Shown here piece after piece: positions 1 through 11,287 of a stretch of 32,000 nucleotides of DNA. A model generated the notes under the pieces. The model was not told the origin of the DNA. It saw only the letters and a program-made list of their open reading frames with translations, and did no database searches. How positions within the stretch are numbered: position 1 is the stretch's first letter; each line of letters opens with the position of its first letter. The translations under genes and the position numbers were made by a program. Origin of the DNA: Candidatus Saccharimonadota bacterium (GTDB taxonomy: Bacteria; Pseudomonadota; Gammaproteobacteria; Enterobacterales; Enterobacteriaceae); the NCBI RefSeq assembly GCF_000185985.2, contig NC_014909.2, positions 600,001 through 632,000 on the forward strand. Direction: 5' to 3'.

Positions 1-1358
1 TCAATAGTTTCACACCCTGTTAATCCCATGCAAGAACGCAATCCCCCCATCAATTGGTGTATAATCGTTTTCAATTTTCCTTTATAGATAACCCGACCTT
101 CAATCCCCTCAGGAACTAATTTTCCAACAACATTTTCATCTTGCTGAAAATATCGATCAGATGAACCCCGATGCATAGCCCCTAAAGACCCCATCCCTCG
201 GTAACTCTTAAATGATCGGCCCTGATAAAACTCTATATCTCCTGGAGATTCTTCTGTTCCTGCTAATAAAGAACCAACCATAACGCAATGTGCTCCAGCT
301 GCTATCGCTTTAGCTATATCTCCAGAAAATCTAATTCCTCCATCAGCAATAACAGGTATATTAGTATTCTTTAATGCTCTAGATACATTATATATAGCAG
401 TAATTTGAGGAATTCCCACTCCAGTGACAATCCGTGTTGTACATATAGACCCCGGGCCTATCCCAACCTTCACTGCATTAACTCCAACTTTTTTTAAAGC
501 TAATGCTCCTTCTGTAGTAACAACATTCCCCCCTATAATAGGTAAATCAGGATACAATTTCCGAATCGTTGAAATATAATTCAATACACTTTCCGAATGT
601 CCATGAGAAGAATCAATTAATAAAATATCCAAACCAGCTTTAACTAACCCATCAATTCTACTCTTATAATCTGTGTTTATACCTATTGCTGCTCCAACTC
701 GTAATCGTCCATCCTTATCTTTACATGCATTTGGTTTACGCTCTGATTTTTCAAAATCCTTTGCAGTAATCATTCCTTTTAAATGAAATGAAGAATCCAC
801 CAATAATATCTTTTCTACTCTTTTCTCGTGCATCTTAGCAAGTACTATTTCTCGATCTTTCTTTTCACATACTGTCACTAATTGAGCTTTAGGAGTCATA
901 ACATTGGAAACTAAAGTATTTAAATTATCTATAAAACGTACATCTCTACTGGTCACAATACCTACTAATTCATTTTTATTCACTACTACTGGATACCCAG
1001 CAAAACCATTACGACGAGTTCTTTCTTTTACTTCCAATAATGTAGTATTAGGAGAAACGCACTGAGGATTAGTAACTACACCACTTTCATGACGTTTTAC
1101 ACGACTCACTTCGTTAATTTGCTCTATTAAAGACATATTTTTATGTATAAAACCTACTCCACCCTCTTGAGCTATAGCAATAGCTAAATTAGATTCAGTT
1201 ACTGTGTCCATAGCAGCAGATACAATAGGAATATTTAAAAAAACAGAATTTGTTAATCGAGTTTTTAAAATTGCTTCTATAGGCAACACAGAAGATCTCT
1301 CCGGCACAAGAGATACATCATCAAACGTTAATGCTTCCTGAAAAGAAAAACGCAACAT
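1..1358 (-). CDS. guaB: IMP dehydrogenase; C-terminal ~35 codons cut off by the window edge
   Basis: Minus-strand translation from the ATG at 1358-1356 reads [15 protein letters not shown]. At the window edge it reads [41 protein letters not shown]. Both are collinear with E. coli GuaB. It is absent from the ORF track because no stop codon lies inside the window. Confidence 0.95.
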   Translation of the reverse strand, partial: MLRFSFQEALTFDDVSLVPERSSVLPIEAILKTRLTNSVFLNIPIVSAAMDTVTESNLAIAIAQEGGVGFIHKNMSLIEQINEVSRVKRHESGVVTNPQCVSPNTTLLEVKERTRRNGFAGYPVVVNKNELVGIVTSRDVRFIDNLNTLVSNVMTPKAQLVTVCEKKDREIVLAKMHEKRVEKILLVDSSFHLKGMITAKDFEKSERKPNACKDKDGRLRVGAAIGINTDYKSRIDGLVKAGLDILLIDSSHGHSESVLNYISTIRKLYPDLPIIGGNVVTTEGALALKKVGVNAVKVGIGPGSICTTRIVTGVGIPQITAIYNVSRALKNTNIPVIADGGIRFSGDIAKAIAAGAHCVMVGSLLAGTEESPGDIEFYQGRSFKSYRGMGSLGAMHRGSSDRYFQQDENVVGKLVPEGIEGRVIYKGKLKTIIHQLMGGLRSCMGLTGCETI

Positions 1359-1853
1359 TATACAATCTTAATTTTATGTTATTAATAAAATGTTATACAA
1401 AATTATAAAAATAAAATATATAAATATTTTTTATACAAAAACTATTATGCTAAACCCTTGATTATTATAAATATATATATCATCAATGATATAATAAATA
1501 ACAACAGTTTTTCAACTAATATGCAAATTATTAATTTATTGGTTAAAGATCATGTATCTCGCTGCACATATAAACAATAACAATATTACATAATTTCTTT
1601 CGTGTTTCTGTATCTTCTAACCATAAATCACAATATGTTGCAATATCGTTAAATTAATCAATAATCTATTTAAAAACTACTAAACAAAATAATTTATCAT
1701 ATCTTTTATTAAAAGTATTGAATATTTCTATAAAAAAATATAGCATGTTAACAATATCAAATGTTGTTAGTGTTATTAACACATCAGCTTACTGATAAAT
1801 AATTATCACCTGAAATATACTAAAAATTAGTGTAGTAATTTTGACAAGTTTAA

Positions 1854-3401
1854 ATGAACAGTAATACTTTTGATCAAACACCTGTGCAATTAAATAAAAA
1901 AAATGTACTCCCCCCTATTGATGTTGTATTAATTGGAGCCGGCATTATGAGCACAACCTTAGGGATGTTTATAGCAATGCTGGAACCAAACTGGAAAATA
2001 AATGTATATGAACGACTACATAAACCAGCTCAAGAGAGCTCTAATGCCTGGAATAATGCAGGTACAGGACATGCTTCATTTTGTGAATTAAATTACACCG
2101 AATATAACGATGTAGATAAATCCATTAATATTGAAAAAGCACTCTCAATAAATACCGCATTTGAATTATCATTACAATTTTGGGCTTTTTTAACTAAAAA
2201 CAATATTTTAAAAAATCCTAAATCTTTTATACGAAATATTCCACACATCAGTTTTGTAACTGATGATAAACATATTTCCTTTTTAAGGAAACGTTTTCAA
2301 GCTTTAAAAACAAACAACATTTTTAATGGAATGATTTACTCTGAAAATTCTAAACAAATAGAGTCATGGATTCCTCTTATTATGACAGGAAGAAACAAAA
2401 ATCAAAAGGTAGCTGCTACATATATGGAAATGGGAACAGATGTAGATTTTGAAGAAATTACCCAACAAATATTAAACCAATTAAATAAAAATTCTAATTT
2501 TAATATATACTTCCAACACAACGTAACAAGCATACAGCCTCATAACAATAATACTTGTTGGAATATATCTATAATTAATACACAACATAAAAATAAACAA
2601 AACGTTTATGCAAAACACGTATTTATTGGAGGAGGAGGACAATCTCTTAATCTATTACAAACTTCTGGTATTCGAGAAACTAAAGGATATGCCGGATTTC
2701 CAGTAGGAGGACAATTTCTCATTACATACAACCCCAAAATAGTATCACAACATTCAGCAAAAGTATACGGTCAATCCTCTCTTAATATGCCTCCTATGTC
2801 AGTCCCGCATATGGATGCTCGTATACTTAATGGAAATAAAGTTTTATTATTTGGCCCTTTTGCAACCTTTAGTGGAAAATTTTTAAAATATGGATCTTGG
2901 TGGGATTTATTTTATTCTTTAAATAAACATAATTTAATCCCAATAATCCAAGCTGGATTAGACAATAAATTTTTAATTAAATACCTAATTCATCAAGTAA
3001 CCATGTCTCATAAGGATCGAATCAATTCTCTTAAAAAATTTTATCCTGAAGCACATATTAAAGATTGGTCATTAATACAAGCGGGACAACGGGTACAAAT
3101 TATAAAAAAAAACCAACATAATAGAGGTACACTACAATTTGGGACAGAAATAGTCAGTTCAAATAATGGATCTTTATCCGCGCTTCTTGGAGCCTCTCCA
3201 GGAGCATCAATTGCAGTATCAATAGCAATAAGATTACTACATATTATGTTTAATACACAAATACACAGTAGTGCTTGGCAAACTAAACTTCAAGAAATAA
3301 TACCAGTATATTCTCAATATATTCAAAATAATAATATCATTATAACAAATCAACTCATAAAAAATACAAGAGATGCATTATCTTTAACCTTTACAGAATA
3401 A
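1854..3401 (+). CDS. mqo: malate:quinone oxidoreductase
   Basis: 515-aa ORF. It has the N-terminal FAD fold DVVLIGAGIMSTTLG plus NNAGTGHASFCELNYT, GFPVGGQFL, PPMSVPHMDAR and LLGASPGAS. It is collinear with E. coli Mqo over its full length. Confidence 0.93.
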   Translation: MNSNTFDQTPVQLNKKNVLPPIDVVLIGAGIMSTTLGMFIAMLEPNWKINVYERLHKPAQESSNAWNNAGTGHASFCELNYTEYNDVDKSINIEKALSINTAFELSLQFWAFLTKNNILKNPKSFIRNIPHISFVTDDKHISFLRKRFQALKTNNIFNGMIYSENSKQIESWIPLIMTGRNKNQKVAATYMEMGTDVDFEEITQQILNQLNKNSNFNIYFQHNVTSIQPHNNNTCWNISIINTQHKNKQNVYAKHVFIGGGGQSLNLLQTSGIRETKGYAGFPVGGQFLITYNPKIVSQHSAKVYGQSSLNMPPMSVPHMDARILNGNKVLLFGPFATFSGKFLKYGSWWDLFYSLNKHNLIPIIQAGLDNKFLIKYLIHQVTMSHKDRINSLKKFYPEAHIKDWSLIQAGQRVQIIKKNQHNRGTLQFGTEIVSSNNGSLSALLGASPGASIAVSIAIRLLHIMFNTQIHSSAWQTKLQEIIPVYSQYIQNNNIIITNQLIKNTRDALSLTFTE

Positions 3402-3508
3402 ATAAAAAAAATAATAGCAATTTATTTCAAAGAAAATAATGCCTCTGCTACTAATTATTTTATTAAAACAACATAATTTTTTTTAATCTAAAATATATAT
3501 TTGATTTT

Positions 3509-4945
3509 TTAATAAGACATAGATTTAACACCCTCTTTAAATTTTAAATGAAAAAAAATTCCATCAAAATTTAAAGCACGACAAAAATATTTTTTCAAAT
3601 ATTTTCTATATTCATTAGGTAACCTATTAATTTGAGTTCCATAAATAATGATAGTTATAGGATCATATCCTCCGATATGCACATACTTAAACTTCGGAAT
3701 ACCCCCTCCTCTTACTTTTGATACAAATGGTGGAGTACATTCCGTAATAGCTTTATTCATTATACTAGTTAAAAAAACCGTATTAATAATTTTTGAAGCA
3801 TCAAAATGTATTTTTTCTATAGATTTAAACAATAATTTTACTCCATATCCATATAATGAAGAAATAAAATGCATTTTAACTGTTGAAAATCCTAAAAAAT
3901 TTAGTTTCCTTGTTAAGGATTGCAAAATAATTGATTTAGAATTTTTTATCAAAGGAGAAAAATTATCCCATTTGTTTAAAGCTATTACTAACGATCTACC
4001 ATGACGTATAATAAAATTTAATAAAGATAAATCCTGATCTACAATTCCTTCATTAATATCAATTATTAATAAAATTACATGAGCATCTTTAATGACTTGA
4101 AATGTTTTTAAAACAGATATTCGTTCAGGTAAATTATCAATATATTTATTATTCCCACGTCTTATCCCTGCTGTATCAATTAACATATACTTTTGGTTAT
4201 AACAAATAATAGGTATATATACAGAATCTCTAGTGGTACCTGGAATACTAGAAGTAATCACACGACTTTCTTGTACCACGTAATTTATAAAAGTAGACTT
4301 GCCAGAATTTGGTCTCCCTACCACGGCCAATTTTATAGAATTATTCTCAGAAACTAACGATACTGTTTTTTTATTTTTCTTATCTATAAGACATAATGTG
4401 TTTTTTTTATCTAAAAAAACTTCTTTTTTAATTTTTAAGAAAATCTTATCTAGTAAAATATCAATTCCATACCCATGCATCGCAGAAATAACTATTACTT
4501 CCTTTATTCCAAAAGAATAATAACTATACTTAGTTTCTAAATTTTTATTTTTAAACCTGAAATTATCAATTTTATTGATCACGACAAATATATTATTTTT
4601 TCCTAATTTACGCAAATTACCAATAATATTATAATCTATTGATGATTCATAAGCACGTCCATTTACCACAAACAATACAATATCAGCCTCTCGAATAGCT
4701 AAATTTGTTTGATAATTAATAGCGTTTTGAAGGAACGAATCACTAGATTCGTCAACTCCTCCTGTATCTACAATAATACATTTATCATTTTTATGTTGAA
4801 TATAACCATACTGCCTATCCCTAGTAACACCAAAATAATCTGCCACTAACGCTCGATAATTTTGAGTTAACCTATTAAATAAAGTAGATTTCCCTACATT
4901 TTTTTGACCAACTAAAACGACAATAAACAATTCTTTTTTATCCAT
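3509..4945 (-). CDS. der: ribosome-associated GTPase Der (EngA) with tandem GTPase domains
   Basis: 478-aa ORF with two P-loops (GQKNVGKST and GRPNSGKST), DTGG/DTAG and NKID/NKWD motifs, and a C-terminal KH-like domain. Confidence 0.95.
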   Translation of the reverse strand: MDKKELFIVVLVGQKNVGKSTLFNRLTQNYRALVADYFGVTRDRQYGYIQHKNDKCIIVDTGGVDESSDSFLQNAINYQTNLAIREADIVLFVVNGRAYESSIDYNIIGNLRKLGKNNIFVVINKIDNFRFKNKNLETKYSYYSFGIKEVIVISAMHGYGIDILLDKIFLKIKKEVFLDKKNTLCLIDKKNKKTVSLVSENNSIKLAVVGRPNSGKSTFINYVVQESRVITSSIPGTTRDSVYIPIICYNQKYMLIDTAGIRRGNNKYIDNLPERISVLKTFQVIKDAHVILLIIDINEGIVDQDLSLLNFIIRHGRSLVIALNKWDNFSPLIKNSKSIILQSLTRKLNFLGFSTVKMHFISSLYGYGVKLLFKSIEKIHFDASKIINTVFLTSIMNKAITECTPPFVSKVRGGGIPKFKYVHIGGYDPITIIIYGTQINRLPNEYRKYLKKYFCRALNFDGIFFHLKFKEGVKSMSY

Positions 4946-5019
4946 TCAACATAACCAAATTTAATGAATTCAAATAATAACCATAAATTTATTTTGATAT
5001 CATCATCTATTCATGATAA

Positions 5020-6300
5020 TTAATACAAATTTTTAAATTTTTTAATAACCTCAGTATATGAAACAGTTTCTTGGCTTTTACACACCAAGTCTTTTAAAAC
5101 AACAGTTTTTTCATAAACATTGTGATCATTGATAATTAAAACAAATCGGGAATTATTTTTTATAGCTCGATTAAACTGTTTATCAAAATTTCCACCCCCC
5201 TGATTCATCATTAAACGTAAAAACGGTAATTCATTTCTAATATGTTCTGATAACATAAAAGAATACTGTTGAAAACAACAACTTAAATTAATTACATATA
5301 CATCTATATATACACATGAAGAAGCTACAATAGCATTATTATCCACATCTTTCATCAATAATAATAAACGTTCTAATCCTATTGATAATCCTACGGCTGG
5401 TACGGATTGCCCTCCTAACTGTTTTGTTAACTCATCATAACGCCCACCTGCGCAAATAGTTTTTTGAACCCCTAATCTATTTGTCACCCACTCAAAAACC
5501 GTACTATTATAATAATCTAATCCACGAACTAAATATGGATTAACAACATAAGACACTCCAGATAAATCCAATAATTTACATAATTTATTAAAATGATTCT
5601 TAGAATACTCATCTAAATAATCATATAAAATCGGCGCTTTCATCAATAACTTTTTAAGTTGAACATCTTTTGTATCTAAAATACGAATCGGGTTAGAATA
5701 TAATCGACGAATTGCATCACTATTTAAACTATCTTTATTTTTTTCTAAAAAATTTATTAATTTAGATCGATATATTATTCGAGATGATAATAATCCAATA
5801 GAATTTAATTCTAACGTCAAATGCTCACTAATTCCTAACATCTTCCAACAACGCACAATAATTAAAATTAATTCAACCTCTATATCTGGGCCAATTTGTC
5901 CAAAAGCCTCTATACTAAATTGATGAAATTGTCTATATCTACCTTTTTGGGGACGCTCTCTACGAAACATTGGCCCCATATACCACAAACGTTGTTCTTG
6001 ATGATAAAATAAAGAATGTTCAATTCCAGCTCGAACACACCCAGCCGTACCTTCTGGTCTTAATGTTAAATTATTTCCATTCCTATCATTAAAATTATAC
6101 ATTTCTTTCTCGACAACATCTGTTACTTCCCCGATCGCTCTTTTAAATAAATCTGTAAATTCAACAATAGGAAACCTAATTTCATTATACCCATAACTAT
6201 TTAATACAGTTTTGAGAATATTTTCTACACTCTGCCATAAAACAGCATCCTGAGGCAAACAATCATGCATACCACGAATAGATTGAATTTTTTTCATCAC
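5020..6300 (-). CDS. hisS: histidine--tRNA ligase
   Basis: 426-aa [38 protein letters not shown] and CAGGRYD (class II motifs) are collinear with E. coli HisS. The start could be either of two adjacent ATGs (6300 or 6297). Confidence 0.95.
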   Translation of the reverse strand: MMKKIQSIRGMHDCLPQDAVLWQSVENILKTVLNSYGYNEIRFPIVEFTDLFKRAIGEVTDVVEKEMYNFNDRNGNNLTLRPEGTAGCVRAGIEHSLFYHQEQRLWYMGPMFRRERPQKGRYRQFHQFSIEAFGQIGPDIEVELILIIVRCWKMLGISEHLTLELNSIGLLSSRIIYRSKLINFLEKNKDSLNSDAIRRLYSNPIRILDTKDVQLKKLLMKAPILYDYLDEYSKNHFNKLCKLLDLSGVSYVVNPYLVRGLDYYNSTVFEWVTNRLGVQKTICAGGRYDELTKQLGGQSVPAVGLSIGLERLLLLMKDVDNNAIVASSCVYIDVYVINLSCCFQQYSFMLSEHIRNELPFLRLMMNQGGGNFDKQFNRAIKNNSRFVLIINDHNVYEKTVVLKDLVCKSQETVSYTEVIKKFKNLY

Positions 6301-6397
6301 TACATAAATACTACAAAATTTGATAATGTAACAAAACTCTCACGAATATGCATACACAATATATATTATTGTGTGTATATAAATACACATTAAAAGA

Positions 6398-7486
6398 TTA
6401 CGATGTGATAGATTTAGCTCGAATTCGACGCTCTAACTCATCGACTATAGATGAATTATCGCAACGTTCTTTTTGTCTAATGCCATTTTCATATATCCCG
6501 CTTTTATTTTTAGCCCCTGCAACTCCAATAGTTGATGATAATGACTCACCCGGCCCATTTACTACACATCCAATAATAGATACATCCATAGAAGTTGTAA
6601 CATCACATACCTTTTTCTCTAACTCATTTACTACATCAATGACATTAAATTCCTGCCTTGCACACCCTGGGCAAGCTATAAAATTTATCCCTCTGCTTCT
6701 AATCTTTAAAGCTCTTAAAATATCAAATGCCACTTTAACCTCTTCGACAGGATCGGCAGCTAATGACACACGTATAGTATCTCCAATTCCTTCCAGTAAT
6801 AACAACCCTAATGCTATTGAAGATTTAACTGTTCCATTTCGTAATAATCCAGACTCAGTCAAACCTACATGTAACGGTTGCTCAATTTTTGATGATATTT
6901 CTTTATATGCACGTAAGGTAGAAAATAAATCCGAAGATTTAACGCTTACCTTAAATTGATGAAAATTAAATTTATCTAAAATATCTATATGACGCATTGC
7001 AGACTCTAATAAAATACGTTCTACAGAACTGTCTTTATATTTATCTACTAAATCACGCTCTAAAGATCCAGAATTCACTCCAATTCTAATAGCAATATTT
7101 TTGTCTCGAGCGCAATCTACTACAGCTCTAATACGATTATTGTTACCAATATTACCAGGATTAATCCTTAAACAATCAGCACCATATTCTGCAGCTTTCA
7201 ATGCAATACGATAATCAAAATGAATATCAGCCACTAACGGTACATTAACAACTTTAAGTTTGATTTGTTTAAACGCTTCAGCTGCATCCATCGTAGGAAT
7301 CGATACCCGTACAATATCAACTCCTGCTTTCTTTAAGTCGTTAATTTGATTAACTGTTCCTGAAACATCTACAGTCCGAGTATTTACCATAGACTGAACC
7401 GCAATAGGTGCACCATCTCCTATTGGAACATTACCAACATATATACGAGTAGATTTCCGACGAATAATATTAGTCAAATTATTCAT
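6398..7486 (-). CDS. ispG: 4-hydroxy-3-methylbut-2-enyl diphosphate synthase (MEP pathway)
   Basis: 362-aa [27 protein letters not shown] and the cluster cysteines in FIACPGCAR and GCVVNGPGE match IspG/GcpE. Confidence 0.95.
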   Translation of the reverse strand: MNNLTNIIRRKSTRIYVGNVPIGDGAPIAVQSMVNTRTVDVSGTVNQINDLKKAGVDIVRVSIPTMDAAEAFKQIKLKVVNVPLVADIHFDYRIALKAAEYGADCLRINPGNIGNNNRIRAVVDCARDKNIAIRIGVNSGSLERDLVDKYKDSSVERILLESAMRHIDILDKFNFHQFKVSVKSSDLFSTLRAYKEISSKIEQPLHVGLTESGLLRNGTVKSSIALGLLLLEGIGDTIRVSLAADPVEEVKVAFDILRALKIRSRGINFIACPGCARQEFNVIDVVNELEKKVCDVTTSMDVSIIGCVVNGPGESLSSTIGVAGAKNKSGIYENGIRQKERCDNSSIVDELERRIRAKSITS

Positions 7487-7765
7487 ATTATCCTCACAAT
7501 TCTATATTGTAATACATATAAATATAAGCATTTTTTCACACAGTTATGTTAATACAACCTAAAACTCATCTACTGTTTTATAGCACAATACCATTGTGCA
7601 CATTAAAATATAAAATATTATCAACATTAAATAGATTAAAATTTATAAAGACTAATTATTGTTAATACATTTACAGATACAAATATATATCACTGTATTT
7701 ATAATTATGATTATAAACTTGACTGATGATATAACAACACATCATATATAATATACCTTTATTAA

Positions 7766-8848
7766 TCAATTTATCTCACCCATCAATTGTCCACACGAGG
7801 CATGAATATCAGCTCCTCGTACTTTCCTAATTGTTGTAACAATTCCATAATTTTTTAAAACTTTATAAAAATTATTTAACCTAGCATCAGAGGTACTCTT
7901 TAAATATTTAATATTCTTAATGGAATTCCAACGCATTAAATTTACTTTACATGGCAGAGTAATAAGTTTTTTTGCTAATTCATGAGCATGTTCTATCTCA
8001 TCATTAATACGATTTAATAATACATACTCAATTGTCACTTTTTTATTGTTTGATTTTGTTTTTTGTAAATAACAACGAATTGATTGTAATAAACAATCAA
8101 TATTATATTTTTTATTAATTGGCATAATTTTGTTTCTGATAACATCATTAGGAGCATGCAAGGATACAGCTAACGATACATCAACCATATCTTTTAACTT
8201 ATCTATACCTGGAACCACTCCGGATGTAGATAATGTTACATGATGTTTAGACAAATTAAAACCAGAACTATTCAATATAATTTGAATAGATGATACGACA
8301 TTCATCAAATTTAGTAAGGGTTCCCCCATACCCATGAATACTATATGAGTAATAGGAATAAGATTATTACAATTTTTTACTTGTTGTTTATTATAATGAG
8401 AAATAAATCGAGCTATTCTCCAAACTTGACCAACAATCTCTGACGTTCTTAAATTTTTAATAAACCCTAATTTTGCTGTACCACAAAAACTACATCCTAA
8501 AGCACATCCAGATTGAGACGATATACATAAAGTAGCTCTATTATTATCAGGAATATAAACTGTTTCAACATATTTATCATCATGAATTCTCATCATCCAT
8601 TTTCTTGTTCCATCTGAAGATTCTTGTTCATGAGTAATTATAGGCGCGTTAATTTCTGATATTTGATTTAATTTCACCCTTAAATCCTTGTGTAAATTAG
8701 TCATTTTATTAAAATCACTACAATACTTCTTATAAATCCAATCCATTATTTGATCAGAACGAAAAGCACATTCCCCTAATTTATTAAAAAACACCAATAA
8801 TTTTTTAGGAGACATATCGAGTAAATTTATTTTTTTTAGCATCATCAA
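7766..8848 (-). CDS. rlmN: radical SAM 23S rRNA/tRNA A2503 C2-methyltransferase
   Basis: 360-aa ORF with the radical-SAM motif CALGCSFC, GMGEPLLN, and the catalytic cysteines in LCISSQ and ASCGQL. Three consecutive Met codons make the exact start ambiguous. Confidence 0.93.
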   Translation of the reverse strand: MMMLKKINLLDMSPKKLLVFFNKLGECAFRSDQIMDWIYKKYCSDFNKMTNLHKDLRVKLNQISEINAPIITHEQESSDGTRKWMMRIHDDKYVETVYIPDNNRATLCISSQSGCALGCSFCGTAKLGFIKNLRTSEIVGQVWRIARFISHYNKQQVKNCNNLIPITHIVFMGMGEPLLNLMNVVSSIQIILNSSGFNLSKHHVTLSTSGVVPGIDKLKDMVDVSLAVSLHAPNDVIRNKIMPINKKYNIDCLLQSIRCYLQKTKSNNKKVTIEYVLLNRINDEIEHAHELAKKLITLPCKVNLMRWNSIKNIKYLKSTSDARLNNFYKVLKNYGIVTTIRKVRGADIHASCGQLMGEIN

Positions 8849-9049
8849 ATATTCTATCGTATCAATATCTAATTATTAACTGATATTACACATATACGCC
8901 TAATATTGCCACCCATATTATTAATAATACGTCTCCTACCCATACATTTATACAATCTAAAAGCCATTATTTATCTCTCATCTATCGAACGGATAATAAT
9001 ACATTAAATATATATAATCAATTTATAAATTTAATACATTCATTTTGAA

Positions 9050-9457
9050 TCATTTGTCAAAAAAATATGATATTTCAAACTGAGCAGAACTTTTAGAATC
9101 TGATCCATGAATAGCATTTCTAGTATAATTCTCTCCATAATCAGCTCTAATTGTCCCAGATAAAGCATCACTTGGATTAGTAGCACCTATAATTTCACGA
9201 TTTCTTTGAATAGCACAATCACCTTCTAAGATCTGAATAAATATTAAACCAGAAGTCATAAATTGAATCAAATCATTAAAAAAAAATTTATTTCGATGTA
9301 CATAATAAAACTCTGAAGCTTGCTTCCATGTAAGCTGTAACATCTGAACCGATACTACAACTAATCCAGAAATCTCAAATCGATTAATTATAGCTCCAAT
9401 TATGTTTTTAGAAACTGCATCAGGTTTAATTATTGATAACGTGTGTTCTTTTCTCAT
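9050..9457 (-). CDS. ndk: nucleoside diphosphate kinase
   Basis: 135-aa ORF. TLSIIKPDAV and the active-site histidine context NAIHGSD are collinear with E. coli Ndk. Confidence 0.93.
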   Translation of the reverse strand: MRKEHTLSIIKPDAVSKNIIGAIINRFEISGLVVVSVQMLQLTWKQASEFYYVHRNKFFFNDLIQFMTSGLIFIQILEGDCAIQRNREIIGATNPSDALSGTIRADYGENYTRNAIHGSDSKSSAQFEISYFFDK

Positions 9458-9660
9458 ATTTATTGCCTATAAAATTCCAAATATCACACTCTTATCTCTT
9501 CTCTTGTTAAATAAATAAAAACAAAAATTTTCTATTTTACTATATACTTATGATACAACTCATTAACAATTTAAAAAATAAAAAATCATTTAGAAACAAC
9601 AATCATTTTAATATATTTGCATAATTATTTAAATACACTGTAATATCAATTATATTATTA

Positions 9661-10845
9661 TCATAATAAATGAATCATTTCATTTAACTTCATAACTATA
9701 GCAACAATCTGATGGATAGCGTAATCTATCTCTTCTTCTGTTGTGAATCTTCCTAAAGAAAATCTAATTGAATTATATGCAAGTTCATTAGGTATCCCTA
9801 AAGCTGTTAACACATGAGATACACTCATCGTATCAGAAGTACATGCTGAGCCAGAAGACAAAGCAAAATCCTTTAACGCTATCATTAATGTTTCGCCATC
9901 AATATTACGAAAACTCACATTCAACAATGTACCAATACAATGATTTAAATCACCATTAACCATAATGCCTTCAATTTGTTGCAATCCTTTCCACAAACGA
10001 TTTCGCATTGTTTTTAAATAACTCATCTCTACTTCCATCTCTTTTTTAGCTATTTGATACGATTCAGCCATTCCAACAATTAAATGTACTGGCAAGGTCC
10101 CAGATCGCAAACCATATTCATGCCCTCCTCCATGTATCTGAGCAATAAGATTAACTTCCGGGTTTATTATTCTATTATCACTATATTTACGTATATATAG
10201 CCCTCCAATACCCTTTGGTCCATACAATTTATGAGCACTAAAAGACATTAAATTTACCGGTAATACAGATAAATCGATGTGTAATTTTCCAACACTTTGA
10301 GTAGCATCTACATGAAATATAATATTATTAAGCTGGCATAACTTACCAAATTCTGCAATATCTTGAATTATTCCTATTTCATTATTAACATGCATGATAG
10401 ATACTAATATAGTATCATCGCGCAATACTTGATTAATTTGATTGATATCAATTAATCCATTACGTTGGGGAACTATTCTTGTAATTTCAAAACCCTGTTT
10501 TTCAAGACTACGACATGTATCAAGTACGGCTCTGTGTTCAGTGGCACTAGTAATAATATGTTTACCTTTTTTATAACAAGAATGCGCTATACCTTTAATA
10601 GCTAAATTTATCGATTCAGTAGCTCCTGAAGTAAAAATAATTTCACTAGATCTAGCCCCAATTAACGACGCAATATGTTTTCGAGATATTTCTACTGCCT
10701 CTTCTGCTTTCCAGCCATAACAATGAGATCGAGATGACGGATTACCAAATATCCCATCTACCATCAAATACTGATACATCTTATCTGCTACCCTTACATC
10801 TACTGGAGATGTAGCAGCATAATCAAAATATATCGGCAATCTCAT
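9661..10845 (-). CDS. iscS: cysteine desulfurase IscS
   Basis: The ORF runs to 10863 (MWSIYRM...), but homology to E. coli IscS (MKLPIYLDYSATTPVD) begins at [16 protein letters not shown], so I place the start at 10845. The PLP lysine [12 protein letters not shown] and active-site Cys SSGSACTS are present. The C-terminus is about 17 aa shorter than in E. coli. Confidence 0.9.
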   Translation of the reverse strand: MRLPIYFDYAATSPVDVRVADKMYQYLMVDGIFGNPSSRSHCYGWKAEEAVEISRKHIASLIGARSSEIIFTSGATESINLAIKGIAHSCYKKGKHIITSATEHRAVLDTCRSLEKQGFEITRIVPQRNGLIDINQINQVLRDDTILVSIMHVNNEIGIIQDIAEFGKLCQLNNIIFHVDATQSVGKLHIDLSVLPVNLMSFSAHKLYGPKGIGGLYIRKYSDNRIINPEVNLIAQIHGGGHEYGLRSGTLPVHLIVGMAESYQIAKKEMEVEMSYLKTMRNRLWKGLQQIEGIMVNGDLNHCIGTLLNVSFRNIDGETLMIALKDFALSSGSACTSDTMSVSHVLTALGIPNELAYNSIRFSLGRFTTEEEIDYAIHQIVAIVMKLNEMIHLL

Positions 10846-11287
10846 TCTGTATATACTCCACAAACAATAAAAGTCACTTTAAAATTTAAAATTATAATAT
10901 ATAACTCTCATCCATATAATAAAAATCCAATATCCACATCATTGTTTTTGATTCATCTCATTATTAAAAAATAACTAAATTAATACATTACATGTACATA
11001 CATAAAAATATAATATATAATATTACATATTCATATAAATATTATATTTTAATTAAAAATTTTTCATATTATAATACACCATTCCCCTAATTATTACTTA
11101 ATAAACTTCACATATATTTATTGCAATTCGTATTTTAAATATACATACATAATCATCAAATAAATATTACATTTATAATACACCATAAAATATAGTATAT
11201 TACTATTACGCATTGATTTTATCACTAAAATTATATTTTAAACAACTATAAATAATTTTTCATACACTCTGTATATAAAATAAATAT

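Noticed and set aside
1770-1782. Perfect 13-bp palindrome GTGTTATTAACAC about 70 bp upstream of mqo
   Set aside because: It could be an operator. However, short AT-rich palindromes are expected by chance in this composition, reduced symbionts have few regulators, and it matches no known operator consensus that I recognise.
3648-4520. Two plus-strand ORFs (3648-4004 and 4299-4520)
   Set aside because: Both lie antisense inside der and have no motifs. They are shadow ORFs.
6348-6959. 203-aa plus-strand ORF
   Set aside because: It is entirely antisense to the strongly conserved ispG CDS. The protein is low-complexity with no recognisable motifs, so it is a shadow ORF typical of AT-rich genomes.
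7583-7599. Hairpin GCACAAT-ACC-ATTGTGC in the rlmN-ispG spacer
   Set aside because: No adjoining U-tract is present on either strand and it lies ~170 nt from the rlmN stop. Evidence is insufficient for a terminator or a regulatory RNA.
11069-11186. 14-nt direct repeat TTATAATACACCAT at 11069-11082 and 11173-11186 in the iscS-suhB spacer
   Set aside because: Each copy contains TATAAT, so they could be duplicated -10 elements for suhB. No matching -35 is present, and a single 14-mer repeat in 440 bp of low-complexity DNA is not compelling. It may be worth a look only if transcription-start data exist.
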